This document shows, in pieces, positions 18,370-27,827 of a stretch of 53,933 nucleotides of DNA. Each line of letters begins with the position of its first letter. Position 1 is the stretch's first letter. The stretch covers positions 1 through 53,933 of the forward strand of contig JBGFSC010000038.1 of the NCBI GenBank assembly GCA_041694815.1, read 5' to 3'. The translations under genes were made by a program, and so were the position numbers. Below the pieces are notes generated by a model. It made no database searches. It worked only from the letters and a program-made list of their open reading frames with translations, and was not told the origin of the DNA. The DNA comes from Elusimicrobiota bacterium (GTDB lineage: Bacteria > Elusimicrobiota > Elusimicrobia > UBA1565 > JACRDR01).

Positions 18370-19056
18370 ATGCAATGCCCTAACTGCCGTTCGAGCCAAG
18401 AGGACGCCGCGGCCGAGTGCCCGCGCTGCGGGCTCGTCTTCGCCAAATGGCGCGCGCCTTCCGTCTACGCCGCAAAACCCTCCGGGTCTCCCCCCCAAGC
18501 GGCCGCGGCCCCGGAACGCGACTCCACCCTGAGCCTGACGCTATGGATTCCCCTCCTGATCCTAACGGCCGCCGTATGGGCCTTCGACCGCTGGGGAGAC
18601 CCAGAGGAAAAATCCCATATCCTGCTCTTTTCCCGCAGCGTCTCGGACTCCGACCGCATCCCGCGCGGGCACTGGCGCTTCGAGGGGCAGGTGTCGGACC
18701 TGCTCCGCGCCAGCCCCATCAAGGGAGCGAGGATCAGCTTCCTCGATTTCGAGGACAACCGCGCCTACGAGGATGTCACCGATGATGAGGGACGCTACGG
18801 GATCACCCTTCCCATCCGCTGGAAATTCGGCTACGCGCTGCGCCTGAGCCATTCCCTGTACCGGGAGCGCGTCTTTAACGGCAACGCCCTCTCCCTGCCC
18901 CGCGCGGAGCGGCTGCGCATGGGCCTAGGCAGCGCCTCCGAGGAAACGGTAAACCCCACCTGCCGCGGCAACCGGAAGAAGGGGCCGGTCACGATGGACT
19001 TCGCCCTGTTCCCGGACGAATTGAGCGAATCCGAGCGCCAGGAAGCCGACCCATAG
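18370..19056 (+). CDS. Zinc-ribbon + TM + carboxypeptidase-regulatory-like domain protein
   Basis: CPNC...CPRCG, one TM segment, then GQVSD...PIKGARI...TDDEGRY. Confidence 0.65.
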   Translation: MQCPNCRSSQEDAAAECPRCGLVFAKWRAPSVYAAKPSGSPPQAAAAPERDSTLSLTLWIPLLILTAAVWAFDRWGDPEEKSHILLFSRSVSDSDRIPRGHWRFEGQVSDLLRASPIKGARISFLDFEDNRAYEDVTDDEGRYGITLPIRWKFGYALRLSHSLYRERVFNGNALSLPRAERLRMGLGSASEETVNPTCRGNRKKGPVTMDFALFPDELSESERQEADP

Positions 19057-19155
19057 CCGCCGGCGTCCCTCCCTCTTAAAAAACTTTTTACCCCGCGGCT
19101 ATACACTCTCCCCCTCGCCTCTCCTATACTCTTTCTAAACCCCGAGGAGAGTGCC

Positions 19156-20088
19156 ATGACAACCCGAGCGCATAAGGGAAACCATAAGGAGCACGGCGGC
19201 CCCGCGGCCGCTGAATCGACGGCGGCGCTGCTGCGCGAGCTCGTCGACCACCTGCGCCAGAAGCGCACGGAGCTGCGCGAGGAATGGGCGCGGCGCATCA
19301 CGGAGTCGAAGCTGCTCACGGCGATGACCAAGGAGGAGATATTCGCCGAGGCCACCTCCGTCTACGACAATTACGTAGAGGTGCTCGAAACCGGCAGCGT
19401 GGAGGCACTGCAGGCTTACGCCCGGAGCCTCTCGGAGAGGATCATCCCCCGGGGGGTGGAGACCCACGAGGTCGTAGGCATCGTGCTGCTCCTGCGCGAC
19501 GTGCTCGCCCGCTCGCTCTTTAGCAAGTACCAGACCGATTTCGCCCTGCTCAACCGGGTGCTCGACGCCTACGAGCCGGCCGCCAACCGCATCGCCAACA
19601 CCGTGGCCGTCGGTTTCGTGCAGGAGCGCGAGCGCATCATCCGCCAACAGCAGGAGGCCATCCGCGAGCTCTCCACCCCCGTGCTGCAGGTGCGCGAGCG
19701 GCTGCTGATCCTTCCCATCATCGGCGTCGTCGACGCCCAAAGGGCCCGGCAGCTCACCGAGCAGCTCTTGCGCGGCATACGCAGCAATCGCGCCAAGGTC
19801 GTCGTGATGGACATCACGGGCGTGCCCTCGGTCGACTCGAAGGTGGCCAACCATCTCGTGCAGACCGTCGACGCCTCGCGACTGATGGGAGCGACCGTAA
19901 TCGTGACCGGCCTGTCGGCCGAGATCGCGCAGACCTTGGTGACCATCGGCGTCGACCTGACCAAGATCAATGCCGTAGGCGACCTGCAAGGAGGCCTCGA
20001 GGAGGCCGAGCGCCGGCTGGGATACAAGGTGATCCTGGAAGGGGAGGAGCCCACCAAGCCGGTGATCATGGCCAAACCGGTCCAATAG
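19156..20088 (+). CDS. rsbR: Stressosome sensor RsbR (globin-like N-terminus + STAS)
   Basis: Motifs IRELSTPVL, LPIIGVVD, MDITGV..VDS.VANHL. First gene of the RST operon. Confidence 0.9.
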   Translation: MTTRAHKGNHKEHGGPAAAESTAALLRELVDHLRQKRTELREEWARRITESKLLTAMTKEEIFAEATSVYDNYVEVLETGSVEALQAYARSLSERIIPRGVETHEVVGIVLLLRDVLARSLFSKYQTDFALLNRVLDAYEPAANRIANTVAVGFVQERERIIRQQQEAIRELSTPVLQVRERLLILPIIGVVDAQRARQLTEQLLRGIRSNRAKVVVMDITGVPSVDSKVANHLVQTVDASRLMGATVIVTGLSAEIAQTLVTIGVDLTKINAVGDLQGGLEEAERRLGYKVILEGEEPTKPVIMAKPVQ

Positions 20089-20092
20089 GGCG

Positions 20093-20467
20093 ATGCAAGT
20101 CCCTGTACTTAAGCAAAGGGAATACCTCATCGCCTCAATCCAGGCCGCGCTGACCGATACGGACCTTCTCAAGCTTCGAGATGACCTGGCCGCCCAAGCC
20201 GGGCGCTACCGCTCGCGTGGCGTGATCATCGACGTCACCCTCCTGGACGTGCTCGACTCCTTCGCGGCGCGCACCCTGCGCGGGATCGTGCACATGCTCA
20301 AATTGCGCGGCGCGGTGACCGTCGTCGTCGGCATCCCGCCGGAAGTGGCCTTCGCCATGGTGCAGCTCGGCATGACGCTCGAGGAGGTATCGACGGCCTT
20401 GGACCTCGAGGAAGGCCTCGCGTTCCTGGACGCGCATACCCGGGGGGACTATGTCAGAAGGTCCTGA
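20093..20467 (+). CDS. rsbS: Stressosome STAS protein RsbS
   Basis: Motifs IDVTLLDVLDSF (phosphorylatable Ser), GIPPEVA, TALDLEEG. Confidence 0.92.
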   Translation: MQVPVLKQREYLIASIQAALTDTDLLKLRDDLAAQAGRYRSRGVIIDVTLLDVLDSFAARTLRGIVHMLKLRGAVTVVVGIPPEVAFAMVQLGMTLEEVSTALDLEEGLAFLDAHTRGDYVRRS

Positions 20468-20855
20468 GAGGATACCGATCCGCTCGGATCTCGACGTGGT
20501 CGCGGCCCGTCAGACCGGGAGGGCCCTCGCCGCCAGACTCGGATTCTCGGACGTCGAGCAGACCATGATCGCCACGGCCATCTCGGAGCTGGCAAGGAAC
20601 ATTCTCTTGTACGCCCAGCGCGGCGAGATCACGGTGGACTTCGCCCAAAAGGACCGCAGCAAGGGCATCTGCATCGTGGCGACCGACGCCGGCCCCGGCA
20701 TCCCCGACATCGAAAAGGCCCTGCAGGAGGGATATTCGAGCAGCTATGGACTCGGGATGGGCCTTCCCGGCACGCGCCGCCTCGTCGACGACTTCGAGAT
20801 CCGCTCGGAGCCTGGCAAAGGGACGACGGTCATGGCCAGGAAATGGCTCCATTAG
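20451..20855 (+). CDS. rsbT: Ser/Thr kinase RsbT
   Basis: Motifs TAISELARNI, D.GPGI.D, GLGMGLPG..RLVD.F.I.S..G.GT. Confidence 0.92.
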   Translation: MSEGPERIPIRSDLDVVAARQTGRALAARLGFSDVEQTMIATAISELARNILLYAQRGEITVDFAQKDRSKGICIVATDAGPGIPDIEKALQEGYSSSYGLGMGLPGTRRLVDDFEIRSEPGKGTTVMARKWLH

Positions 20856-21451
20856 CGCTGACCGTCGACTGGGCGGTGGCGGCGGCCCCCATGCGGGGGG
20901 AGCTGGTCTCCGGGGATCTCCATGCCGTCAAATCCTTCTCCAACGGCATGATGCTCGCCGCCATAGACGGGCTGGGGCACGGCGCCCAGGCGGCTGAGGC
21001 GGCTCGGCGGGCGGTGGTCTGGCTGGAGGCGTACGCGCACGACCCGGTGATCCAGCTCGTGCAGCGCTGCCATGAGGGGATACGCCGGACGCGAGGCGCC
21101 GTCCTGACCGTCGCCTCGTTCAATTTTACCCTCAAGACGCTCACCTGCGTCGGGGTCGGCAACGTCGATGGCATACTCTTTAGGGCCGACCCCTCCGTCA
21201 CGCCCGTTGTCGAGGACATCCCCTCCCGCGGCGGTGTGGTCGGCTTCCAGCTTCCTCCGCTGCGCGCGCTGACCACTCCCCTCATGAAGGGAGACACTCT
21301 TATCCTCGCCACGGACGGCATCCATGGCCGTTTCCGGGACAAGGTGAAGATCGCCTTGCCCCCGCAGGCGATCGCCGACGACATCCTCGCGCGCCACCAT
21401 GTGGCCAACGACGACGCCCTCGTCCTCGTCGCGCGCTACCTAGGCCCATGA
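20843..21451 (+). CDS. rsbX: PP2C/SpoIIE-type phosphatase RsbX
   Basis: Motifs SGD, IDGLGHG, TRGAV, GVGNV, LATDGI, DDALVL. Confidence 0.88.
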   Translation: MAPLALTVDWAVAAAPMRGELVSGDLHAVKSFSNGMMLAAIDGLGHGAQAAEAARRAVVWLEAYAHDPVIQLVQRCHEGIRRTRGAVLTVASFNFTLKTLTCVGVGNVDGILFRADPSVTPVVEDIPSRGGVVGFQLPPLRALTTPLMKGDTLILATDGIHGRFRDKVKIALPPQAIADDILARHHVANDDALVLVARYLGP

Positions 21452-22461
21452 ATAGGCTCGCGAACGGGGTCGCGCACGAGTACGGGCTGGCTTTCAAAAA
21501 GTTCCTGGACAGCCCCAAGGAGGCGGCGCTCAAGGAGGCCTACGACTGCGGCCGGAAGGCTCTGGAGCAGAAAGTGAGCCTCTTGGAGCTCATCGCCTCC
21601 TACAACGAGGTACTGCAGGAGGCGCTCTTGGGCGCTAAAACCTTCCGGGACCATGCGGAGCTCTCGCGCCGCGCCAACAGCTTCCTTATGGAAAGCCTCT
21701 CGGCCTTCGAGATCGCCCATCAGGGCTACGTGGACGCGATCGCAGCGCTGCGCGCGCATGCCGAAGACCTCAAGCGCTCCAACGCCGAGCTCGAGCTGTT
21801 CGCCTCCGCCGCTTCCCACGACCTGGAGGAACCGCTGCGCAAGATTGCCGTTTTCGGGGACCTACTCAAAACCCGCTATGGGACCGCGTTGGGGCCGGAA
21901 GGCGAGCAATACCTCGAGCGCATGCAGAAAGCCGCCGTGCGCCTCTCGAAAAGGATCCAGGACCTGCTCCAGTTCTCCAGGATCGGGGCGGCCGCCGCGC
22001 GCTTCGAGACGGTCGACCTCAACGCCGTGCTGGGCAACGTGCTCTCCGACCTGGAAGGACCGCTGCGCCGCTCCGGCGGCCGCGTGCGGGTCGACACCCT
22101 CGGCCAGGTGAAGGCGGATCCCCTGCAGATGGAGAGGCTGTTCCAGAACCTCATCGGGAACGCGCTCAAGTTTCGAAAGCAGGATCAGCCGCCGCTTGTC
22201 CATATAAAGGCCGAGAGGTGCGTCGACGGGATGCTGGAGGTATCCGTGCAGGACAATGGCATCGGCTTCGATGAGGGAAACGCCGGCCGCCTCTTCCACC
22301 CCTTCCAACGCCTGCACAACCCCGCCCAATACGAGGGCACCGGCATGGGACTAGCCATCTGCAAACGGATCATTAGCCGGCACGGCGGCGAGATCCGCGT
22401 ACGCAGCAAGCCTGGGGAGGGAAGCACTTTTTACGTCACCCTTCCCTTGGCGGCGCCGTGA
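21448..22461 (+). CDS. Histidine kinase with an N-terminal RsbU_N-like domain
   Basis: N-terminus Y..AFKKFL....EAALKEAYDCGRKALE; H-box ASHDLEEPLR; NLIGNALKF; DNGIG; GTGMGLAI. Confidence 0.88.
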   Translation: MNRLANGVAHEYGLAFKKFLDSPKEAALKEAYDCGRKALEQKVSLLELIASYNEVLQEALLGAKTFRDHAELSRRANSFLMESLSAFEIAHQGYVDAIAALRAHAEDLKRSNAELELFASAASHDLEEPLRKIAVFGDLLKTRYGTALGPEGEQYLERMQKAAVRLSKRIQDLLQFSRIGAAAARFETVDLNAVLGNVLSDLEGPLRRSGGRVRVDTLGQVKADPLQMERLFQNLIGNALKFRKQDQPPLVHIKAERCVDGMLEVSVQDNGIGFDEGNAGRLFHPFQRLHNPAQYEGTGMGLAICKRIISRHGGEIRVRSKPGEGSTFYVTLPLAAP

Positions 22462-22476
22462 GATGGTAAACCTAAG

Positions 22477-22660
22477 AAAACGGCGACTTTTACGCGCTCT
22501 GAGCGCGTGGGCTCGGCGCAAACGACCGCGCCGAGCTCGGAATACTCGCGAAGATGGTGCCAGGGATTGACTTTCGCCTAAGCGAAAGTCAATCCCTGGC
22601 ACCGTGAAAACGTCAAGCGCGACGAGTCACGCGCCCAAGGCGCGTAAACGCTGTCGTTTT
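22477..22660. repeat. Composite palindromic element (REP/REPIN/MITE-like)
   Basis: Imperfect inverted terminal motifs flank a perfect 22-bp inverted repeat (22556-22577 / 22582-22603, loop CTAA). The motif recurs at about 47236-47292. Confidence 0.75.
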
Positions 22661-22711
22661 TAATCCAAATCCCCCGCGCAGGCGTACGCTTATTAGGTAT
22701 AATCAGCGTCC

Positions 22712-24211
22712 ATGATCAAACATATTTTCGCGACCAAACCGTTGCGCATGCTGATGGACGAGATGGCGGGCGAAAACCGCCTCCGCCGAGTCCTGGGGCC
22801 GGCCCACCTCACCAGCCTGGGCGTCGGCGCCATCATCGGGACCGGCATCTTCGTGCTCACGGGGGTGGCGGCCCACGACAAGACCGGCCCCGCGCTGATC
22901 CTCTCCTTCATCGTCGCCGGCATCGCCTGCATCTTCGCGGCCCTCTGCTACGCGGAATTCGCGTCGATGGTCCCCGTCGCGGGTTCGGCCTATACCTACG
23001 CCTACGCCACCCTCGGCGAGCTTTTCGCCTGGATCATCGGCTGGGACCTAATCCTCGAGTACACCGTCGCCTCCGCGGCGGTGGCCCACGGCTGGTCGCA
23101 TTACTTCCAGGACTTCATCGGCATCTTCGGCCTCCATTGGCCGAAGGCCATCGGCAACGCCCCCTTTGATTTCAACCCGGAAATAGGGCGCATCCTGGCG
23201 ACCGGCAATTACTTCGACCTGCCCGCCATCCTCATCACCGCGCTCGTCACCGCGGTGCTCGTCATCGGCATCAAGGAAAGCGCCAACTTCAACACCGCGA
23301 TGGTCACCGTCAAGGTGGCCATCGTCCTGCTCGTCATTGTCATCGGCGCGTTCTACGTGGACCCCAAGAACTGGTTCCCCTTCGCGCCGTACGGCTACAC
23401 CGGCTTGAGCTTTTTCGGCAAGACCCTCATGGGGCAAACGGGGGCGGGAGGCGAGCCGCTCGGGGTGCTCGCCGGCGCCGCGATGATCTTTTTCGCCTAC
23501 ATCGGCTTCGACTCGGTCTCCACGCACGCCGAGGAGGCCAAGGAACCTCAAAAGGACGTCCCCATCGGCATCATCCTCTCCTTGGTCCTCTGCACCGTGC
23601 TCTACATTCTCGTCTCGGCGGTGTTGACGGGGATGGTGCCCTACAACCAGATCAACATCGATGCGCCGGTCTCCGACGCGTTCAAGCAGGTCGGGCTCCC
23701 TTGGGCGCAGTTCCTCATCTCCCTGGGCGCCTTGACGGGCATCACCTCCGTGCTCCTGGTACTCATGCTCAGCCAGCCGCGGGTGTTCTTGGCCATGGCC
23801 CGAGACGGCCTGGTGCCCGAGAGCTTCTTCGGGGCCGTGCACGAGAAATTCCGCACCCCGTACAAGTCGACGATACTGACCGGCCTCTTGGTCGCGGCCA
23901 TGTCGGCCTTGATCCCGCTACGCATCCTGGCCGAGCTCGTCAACATCGGCACGCTTCTGGCCTTCGTCATCGTCTGCGCGGCGGTGCTCATCATGCGCCG
24001 CACCAATCCCGACGCCCCCAGGCCCTTCCGCTGCCCCCTGGTCCCGCTCGTGCCACTCTTGGGCATCGGCTTCTGCCTGATGCTCATGTTCTCCCTGCCC
24101 GCCGAGAACTGGTGGCGACTTTTCATCTGGCTCGGGCTGGGGTTCGCCATCTACTTCCTCTACGGGCGCCACCACAGCGTCTTGGCGCGCCTTAGGACCT
24201 CCTCCCGCTAG
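22712..24211 (+). CDS. APC-family (cationic amino acid transporter-like) permease
   Basis: Motifs GAIIGTGIF, YAEFASMVPVAGSAY, FFAYIGFD, LVNIGTL. Confidence 0.93.
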   Translation: MIKHIFATKPLRMLMDEMAGENRLRRVLGPAHLTSLGVGAIIGTGIFVLTGVAAHDKTGPALILSFIVAGIACIFAALCYAEFASMVPVAGSAYTYAYATLGELFAWIIGWDLILEYTVASAAVAHGWSHYFQDFIGIFGLHWPKAIGNAPFDFNPEIGRILATGNYFDLPAILITALVTAVLVIGIKESANFNTAMVTVKVAIVLLVIVIGAFYVDPKNWFPFAPYGYTGLSFFGKTLMGQTGAGGEPLGVLAGAAMIFFAYIGFDSVSTHAEEAKEPQKDVPIGIILSLVLCTVLYILVSAVLTGMVPYNQINIDAPVSDAFKQVGLPWAQFLISLGALTGITSVLLVLMLSQPRVFLAMARDGLVPESFFGAVHEKFRTPYKSTILTGLLVAAMSALIPLRILAELVNIGTLLAFVIVCAAVLIMRRTNPDAPRPFRCPLVPLVPLLGIGFCLMLMFSLPAENWWRLFIWLGLGFAIYFLYGRHHSVLARLRTSSR

Positions 24212-24212
24212 C

Positions 24213-25658
24213 GTGCCGGGCTTCAAGCGCGAGCTGGGCCTGCTCGACTCGACCATGATCGTGGTCGGGTCGATGATAGGCTCCGGCATCTTCATCGTCA
24301 GCGCCGACATCGCGCGCACGGTCGGCTCCTCGGGGTGGCTGTTGCTGGTCTGGGTCATCACGGGCCTCATCACGGTGGCCGCGGCACTCAGCTATGGCGA
24401 GCTGGCCGCCATGATGCCCCACGCCGGCGGGCAATACGTCTACCTGCGCGAGGCCTACAACCCGCTAGTTGGTTTCCTCTACGGCTGGACCCTGTTTCTG
24501 GTGATACAGACGGGCACCATCGCCGCGGTGGCCGTGGCCTTCGCCAAGTACACCGCGGTGCTGCTGCCGTGGTTTAGCGAACGGCATATACTGATCTCTC
24601 TCGCGGGCCTTAAAATATCCGCGGCGCAGTTTTTGGCCATCGCCGTCATCGCCATTCTGACCTGCGTCAATCTCCGAGGGATCCGCGAGGGCAAGCTCAT
24701 CCAGAACGTCTTCACCCTCGCCAAGACCGCCGCCTTGGCCGCCCTGATCGTGCTGGGCATCGGCATCGGCCGCAATCCCGAAGCCGTCGCCTCCAATCTC
24801 GCCAATATGTGGAACGCGAGCTGGCTGCTGCCGGCCGACGGCGCCCTGTCGGCGCGACCCTTGAGCGGCCTCCTGCTCTGGGCCGCGATCGGCGTCTCGA
24901 TGGTCGGCTCTCTTTTCTCGGCCGACGCGTGGAATAACATCACCTTCACGGCCGGGGAGGTCTCGGAACCCCAGCGCAATATCCCGTTGAGCTTGATCCT
25001 TGGGACCGGCTCGGTCATCCTGCTCTATCTGCTCGCCAATGTCGCCTACCTTTCGGTGCTGCCCCTGGCCGGATCGCCCGAGGCGGAGGACGCCTTCGGC
25101 CGGGGCATACAATTCGCCGCCAACGACCGCGTCGCCTCGGCCGCGGCGCAGATGATCTTCGGCAATCCCGCCGCATGGCTGATGGCGCTTCTCATCATGG
25201 TCTCGACCTTCGGCTGCTGCAACGGGCTGATCTTGGCGGGGGCGCGGGTGTATTACGCGATGGCCCAGGACGGCGTATTCTTTAAGAAGGCCGGGGAGCT
25301 CAACGCCAACGCCGTGCCGGCGCGGGCGCTGCTCTGGCAGGGGGTTTGGGCCGCGCTGCTCTGCCTGTCGGGGACCTACGGCGACCTTCTCGACTACGTG
25401 ATATTCGCGGTCCTCATCTTCTACATCCTCACCGTCGGCGGGCTGTTCCTGCTGCGGCGAAAGCGCCCCGACGCGCCGAGGCCCTACAAGGCCTGGGGCT
25501 ATCCCGTGGTGCCGGCCCTCTACATCGCGACCGCGACCGCGATCGCCGTCGACCTGCTGATCTTCAAGCCGCGCTTTACCTGGCCCGGCATCGGCATCGT
25601 GCTGCTGGGAATACCGGTTTATTATTACGGGGCCCGGCCGACCTCAAACCAGCCCTAA
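24213..25658 (+). CDS. APC-family (LAT-like) amino acid permease
   Basis: Motifs GSMIGSGIF, AGGQYVYL, RPYKAWGYP. Confidence 0.92.
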   Translation: MPGFKRELGLLDSTMIVVGSMIGSGIFIVSADIARTVGSSGWLLLVWVITGLITVAAALSYGELAAMMPHAGGQYVYLREAYNPLVGFLYGWTLFLVIQTGTIAAVAVAFAKYTAVLLPWFSERHILISLAGLKISAAQFLAIAVIAILTCVNLRGIREGKLIQNVFTLAKTAALAALIVLGIGIGRNPEAVASNLANMWNASWLLPADGALSARPLSGLLLWAAIGVSMVGSLFSADAWNNITFTAGEVSEPQRNIPLSLILGTGSVILLYLLANVAYLSVLPLAGSPEAEDAFGRGIQFAANDRVASAAAQMIFGNPAAWLMALLIMVSTFGCCNGLILAGARVYYAMAQDGVFFKKAGELNANAVPARALLWQGVWAALLCLSGTYGDLLDYVIFAVLIFYILTVGGLFLLRRKRPDAPRPYKAWGYPVVPALYIATATAIAVDLLIFKPRFTWPGIGIVLLGIPVYYYGARPTSNQP

Positions 25659-26366
25659 CTCGCGCGCGCGGCGCCTGGCCTCCTCGAGCTTTTGGGCCGT
25701 GCCGATATCCTGCCAATAGAAGGCGTCGGAGCGATAGGCGCGTATGTCGGCCCCTTCCGCCGCGAGCCGCAGATAGGTCTTCAAGATCGAGAAGGCGCCG
25801 GCCTCCGTCATCTGAGGCAACAGCTCGGGCGAGAGCACCTGCACCCCGTCGAAGGGCAGGCGCCGGCATTCCGGTACCGGTCCCCGCGCCCACTCGTCTC
25901 CGGCCGGCGTGCTCCGGCCGACCAAACGGTCGTTCGCATCGAATAGGAGGCAGCGGGTGCTCGGTCGCTCACGGACGGCCAGGGTCGCGAGCGCGCCGCT
26001 GCCCTGGTGCTTTCGGTATAGCGCCGCAAGATCCAGATTGCTCAGCACGTCGACGTTGTGGACGAAGAAGGGCTCCCGATCGAAAAAGTCGGCGACCTTC
26101 TTAAGCCCGCCCCCGGTGTCGAGCAATTCGGATTCGCGGGAGATCGCGATCCGGATCCCATAATCGCGGGTTTCGAGAAACTCGATGATTTGCTCAGCCA
26201 GGTGAAAAACGTTGACAACGGCGGCGTCGACCCCGGCGGCGATGAGCCGGCGCAGGACGATCTCGAGCATGGGAACGCCCTCGATCTCGATTAAGGCCTT
26301 CGGGCGGCTGTCCGTCAGGGGCCTGAGCCGGCGGCCTTCGCCGGCCGCGAGCACCATCGCCTTCAT
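25644..26366 (-). CDS. murU: MurNAc-1-P uridylyltransferase-like nucleotidyltransferase
   Basis: Motifs MKAMVLAAGEGRRLRPLT..PKAL, LLDTGGGL, WQDIGT. Coupled to the amgK-like gene. Confidence 0.85.
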   Translation of the reverse strand: MKAMVLAAGEGRRLRPLTDSRPKALIEIEGVPMLEIVLRRLIAAGVDAAVVNVFHLAEQIIEFLETRDYGIRIAISRESELLDTGGGLKKVADFFDREPFFVHNVDVLSNLDLAALYRKHQGSGALATLAVRERPSTRCLLFDANDRLVGRSTPAGDEWARGPVPECRRLPFDGVQVLSPELLPQMTEAGAFSILKTYLRLAAEGADIRAYRSDAFYWQDIGTAQKLEEARRRARELGLV

Positions 26367-27793
26367 GGGGCTTGGGTCAGTGCATGGTGGCGCAGCTCAA
26401 CGCGAAGGCCGTAGGTTTCGCGCAGATGCTTGGCCAAGGCCTCGGCGCAATAGACGGAGCGGTGGCGGCCGCCGGTGCACCCAAAGGAGACGAGTAGGTC
26501 GGTGAAGTTGCGGCTGCGGTAATTCTCGACGGTCTGCTCGACAAGTCCGTAGACATAACCCAGGAATTGCCGCACCGCCGGGTCCCTTTCGAGGAAGACG
26601 ACGACGTCGGAATCCTGGCCTGTCCGAGCGGCGAAGCGCGGCTCCCGCCCCGGATTCGGCAGCCCACGGCAATCGAAGACATAGCCTCCGCCATGGCCTT
26701 TCTCGTCAACAGGCATGCCGCCGTTGTGGAAGGAGAAGCTCTCGATGCGGACGGTCAGATTGAGCTTGGCGCCGCCGAACTGCCTCAGCCGGGAGGAGGC
26801 GACGAGGGCGCGGAAGACCTGCTGGAGCGCCGGCAGCTTTACGGGGAGCTCGTGGCGCAGCAGCACCGCCTCCAGGTTGGCGATCGCGTACGGGATGCTC
26901 TGCAGGAACTGGCTCTTGCGCTCGTAGAACCCGCGCAGGCCGTAGGCGCCCATCGCCTGCAGGATGCGGATGACGACGTAGCCCGGGAAGTGTTTCATGA
27001 ACCGCGCGCGGTCGACGCTCGCCAAGGCGGAGGCCGCGTCCAAGTACTCCTCCAGCAGCCGCTCCCGCGTCGCCCAGGGGAGATCGGCCTTGGCGTCGAA
27101 GAGAAGCGAGGCGACGTCGTATTGGAGCGCGCCCTTACGCCCCCCTTGATAGTCGATGAAATGAGGCTCGCCCCCTTTCACCATGATGTTGCGGGACTGG
27201 AAGTCGCGGTACAGGAAAAAATCGCGATCGGCCTCCAGAAGGAAATCGGAGAAGCGCCCGAAGTCCTCCTCGAGCTCCTGCTCGTTGAAGGCCACGCCCG
27301 CCAGGCGGAGGAAGTAGTACTTGAAATAATTGAGGTCCCAGAGCATCGATTGCTTGTCGAAGCTCCGCCTCGGGTAGCAGACGCCGTAATCGAGTGTCTT
27401 GCCGGCGGCGATCTGAAAGCGCGGGAGCTGGCGGATCGCGGCGCGGTAGAGCTCGAGGGCCTGCGGCTCGATCTCGGCCCCGTCGCGGTGCCTCGAGAGG
27501 AACTGGAACAGGGTAGTGTCCCCGAGATCCTCCTCCAAATAGACGCCCGCCTCCAGGTCCTCGGCGTATATCTCGGGGACCTTGAGCCCCTCTTGCCGGA
27601 AATGGCGGGAGAAGGCCAGGAAGGCCTCGTTCTCACGCCGATCCGAATTGATCGCGCCGATGGCGCTCCTCGCCGCGCCCTCCAGCCGGAACAATTTCCT
27701 GTCCGAGCCGTCGCCCTTTAAAGGAGAGACGCTCTTTACCGGTTCCCCGAAGCTATTTTCAAAAAGCGACTCGAGCCGCCGCGAATCCACCAC
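26363..27793 (-). CDS. AmgK-like anomeric sugar kinase fused to a RapZ C-terminal domain
   Basis: Kinase motifs GDGSDR, EDLGD, YRDFQSRNIM, IDYQ, YDVASLL; C-terminal SFSF..G, DCRGLPNP, GCTGGRHRSV. Confidence 0.85.
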   Translation of the reverse strand: MVDSRRLESLFENSFGEPVKSVSPLKGDGSDRKLFRLEGAARSAIGAINSDRRENEAFLAFSRHFRQEGLKVPEIYAEDLEAGVYLEEDLGDTTLFQFLSRHRDGAEIEPQALELYRAAIRQLPRFQIAAGKTLDYGVCYPRRSFDKQSMLWDLNYFKYYFLRLAGVAFNEQELEEDFGRFSDFLLEADRDFFLYRDFQSRNIMVKGGEPHFIDYQGGRKGALQYDVASLLFDAKADLPWATRERLLEEYLDAASALASVDRARFMKHFPGYVVIRILQAMGAYGLRGFYERKSQFLQSIPYAIANLEAVLLRHELPVKLPALQQVFRALVASSRLRQFGGAKLNLTVRIESFSFHNGGMPVDEKGHGGGYVFDCRGLPNPGREPRFAARTGQDSDVVVFLERDPAVRQFLGYVYGLVEQTVENYRSRNFTDLLVSFGCTGGRHRSVYCAEALAKHLRETYGLRVELRHHALTQAP

Positions 27794-27827
27794 CCCGCCA
27801 TTTTGACAATTTCAAGACGGCGGTGCC

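Noticed and set aside
22462..22711. CRISPR array or tRNA
   Set aside because: The repeats are inverted rather than regularly spaced direct repeats. No cas genes, cloverleaf or T-loop motif were seen.
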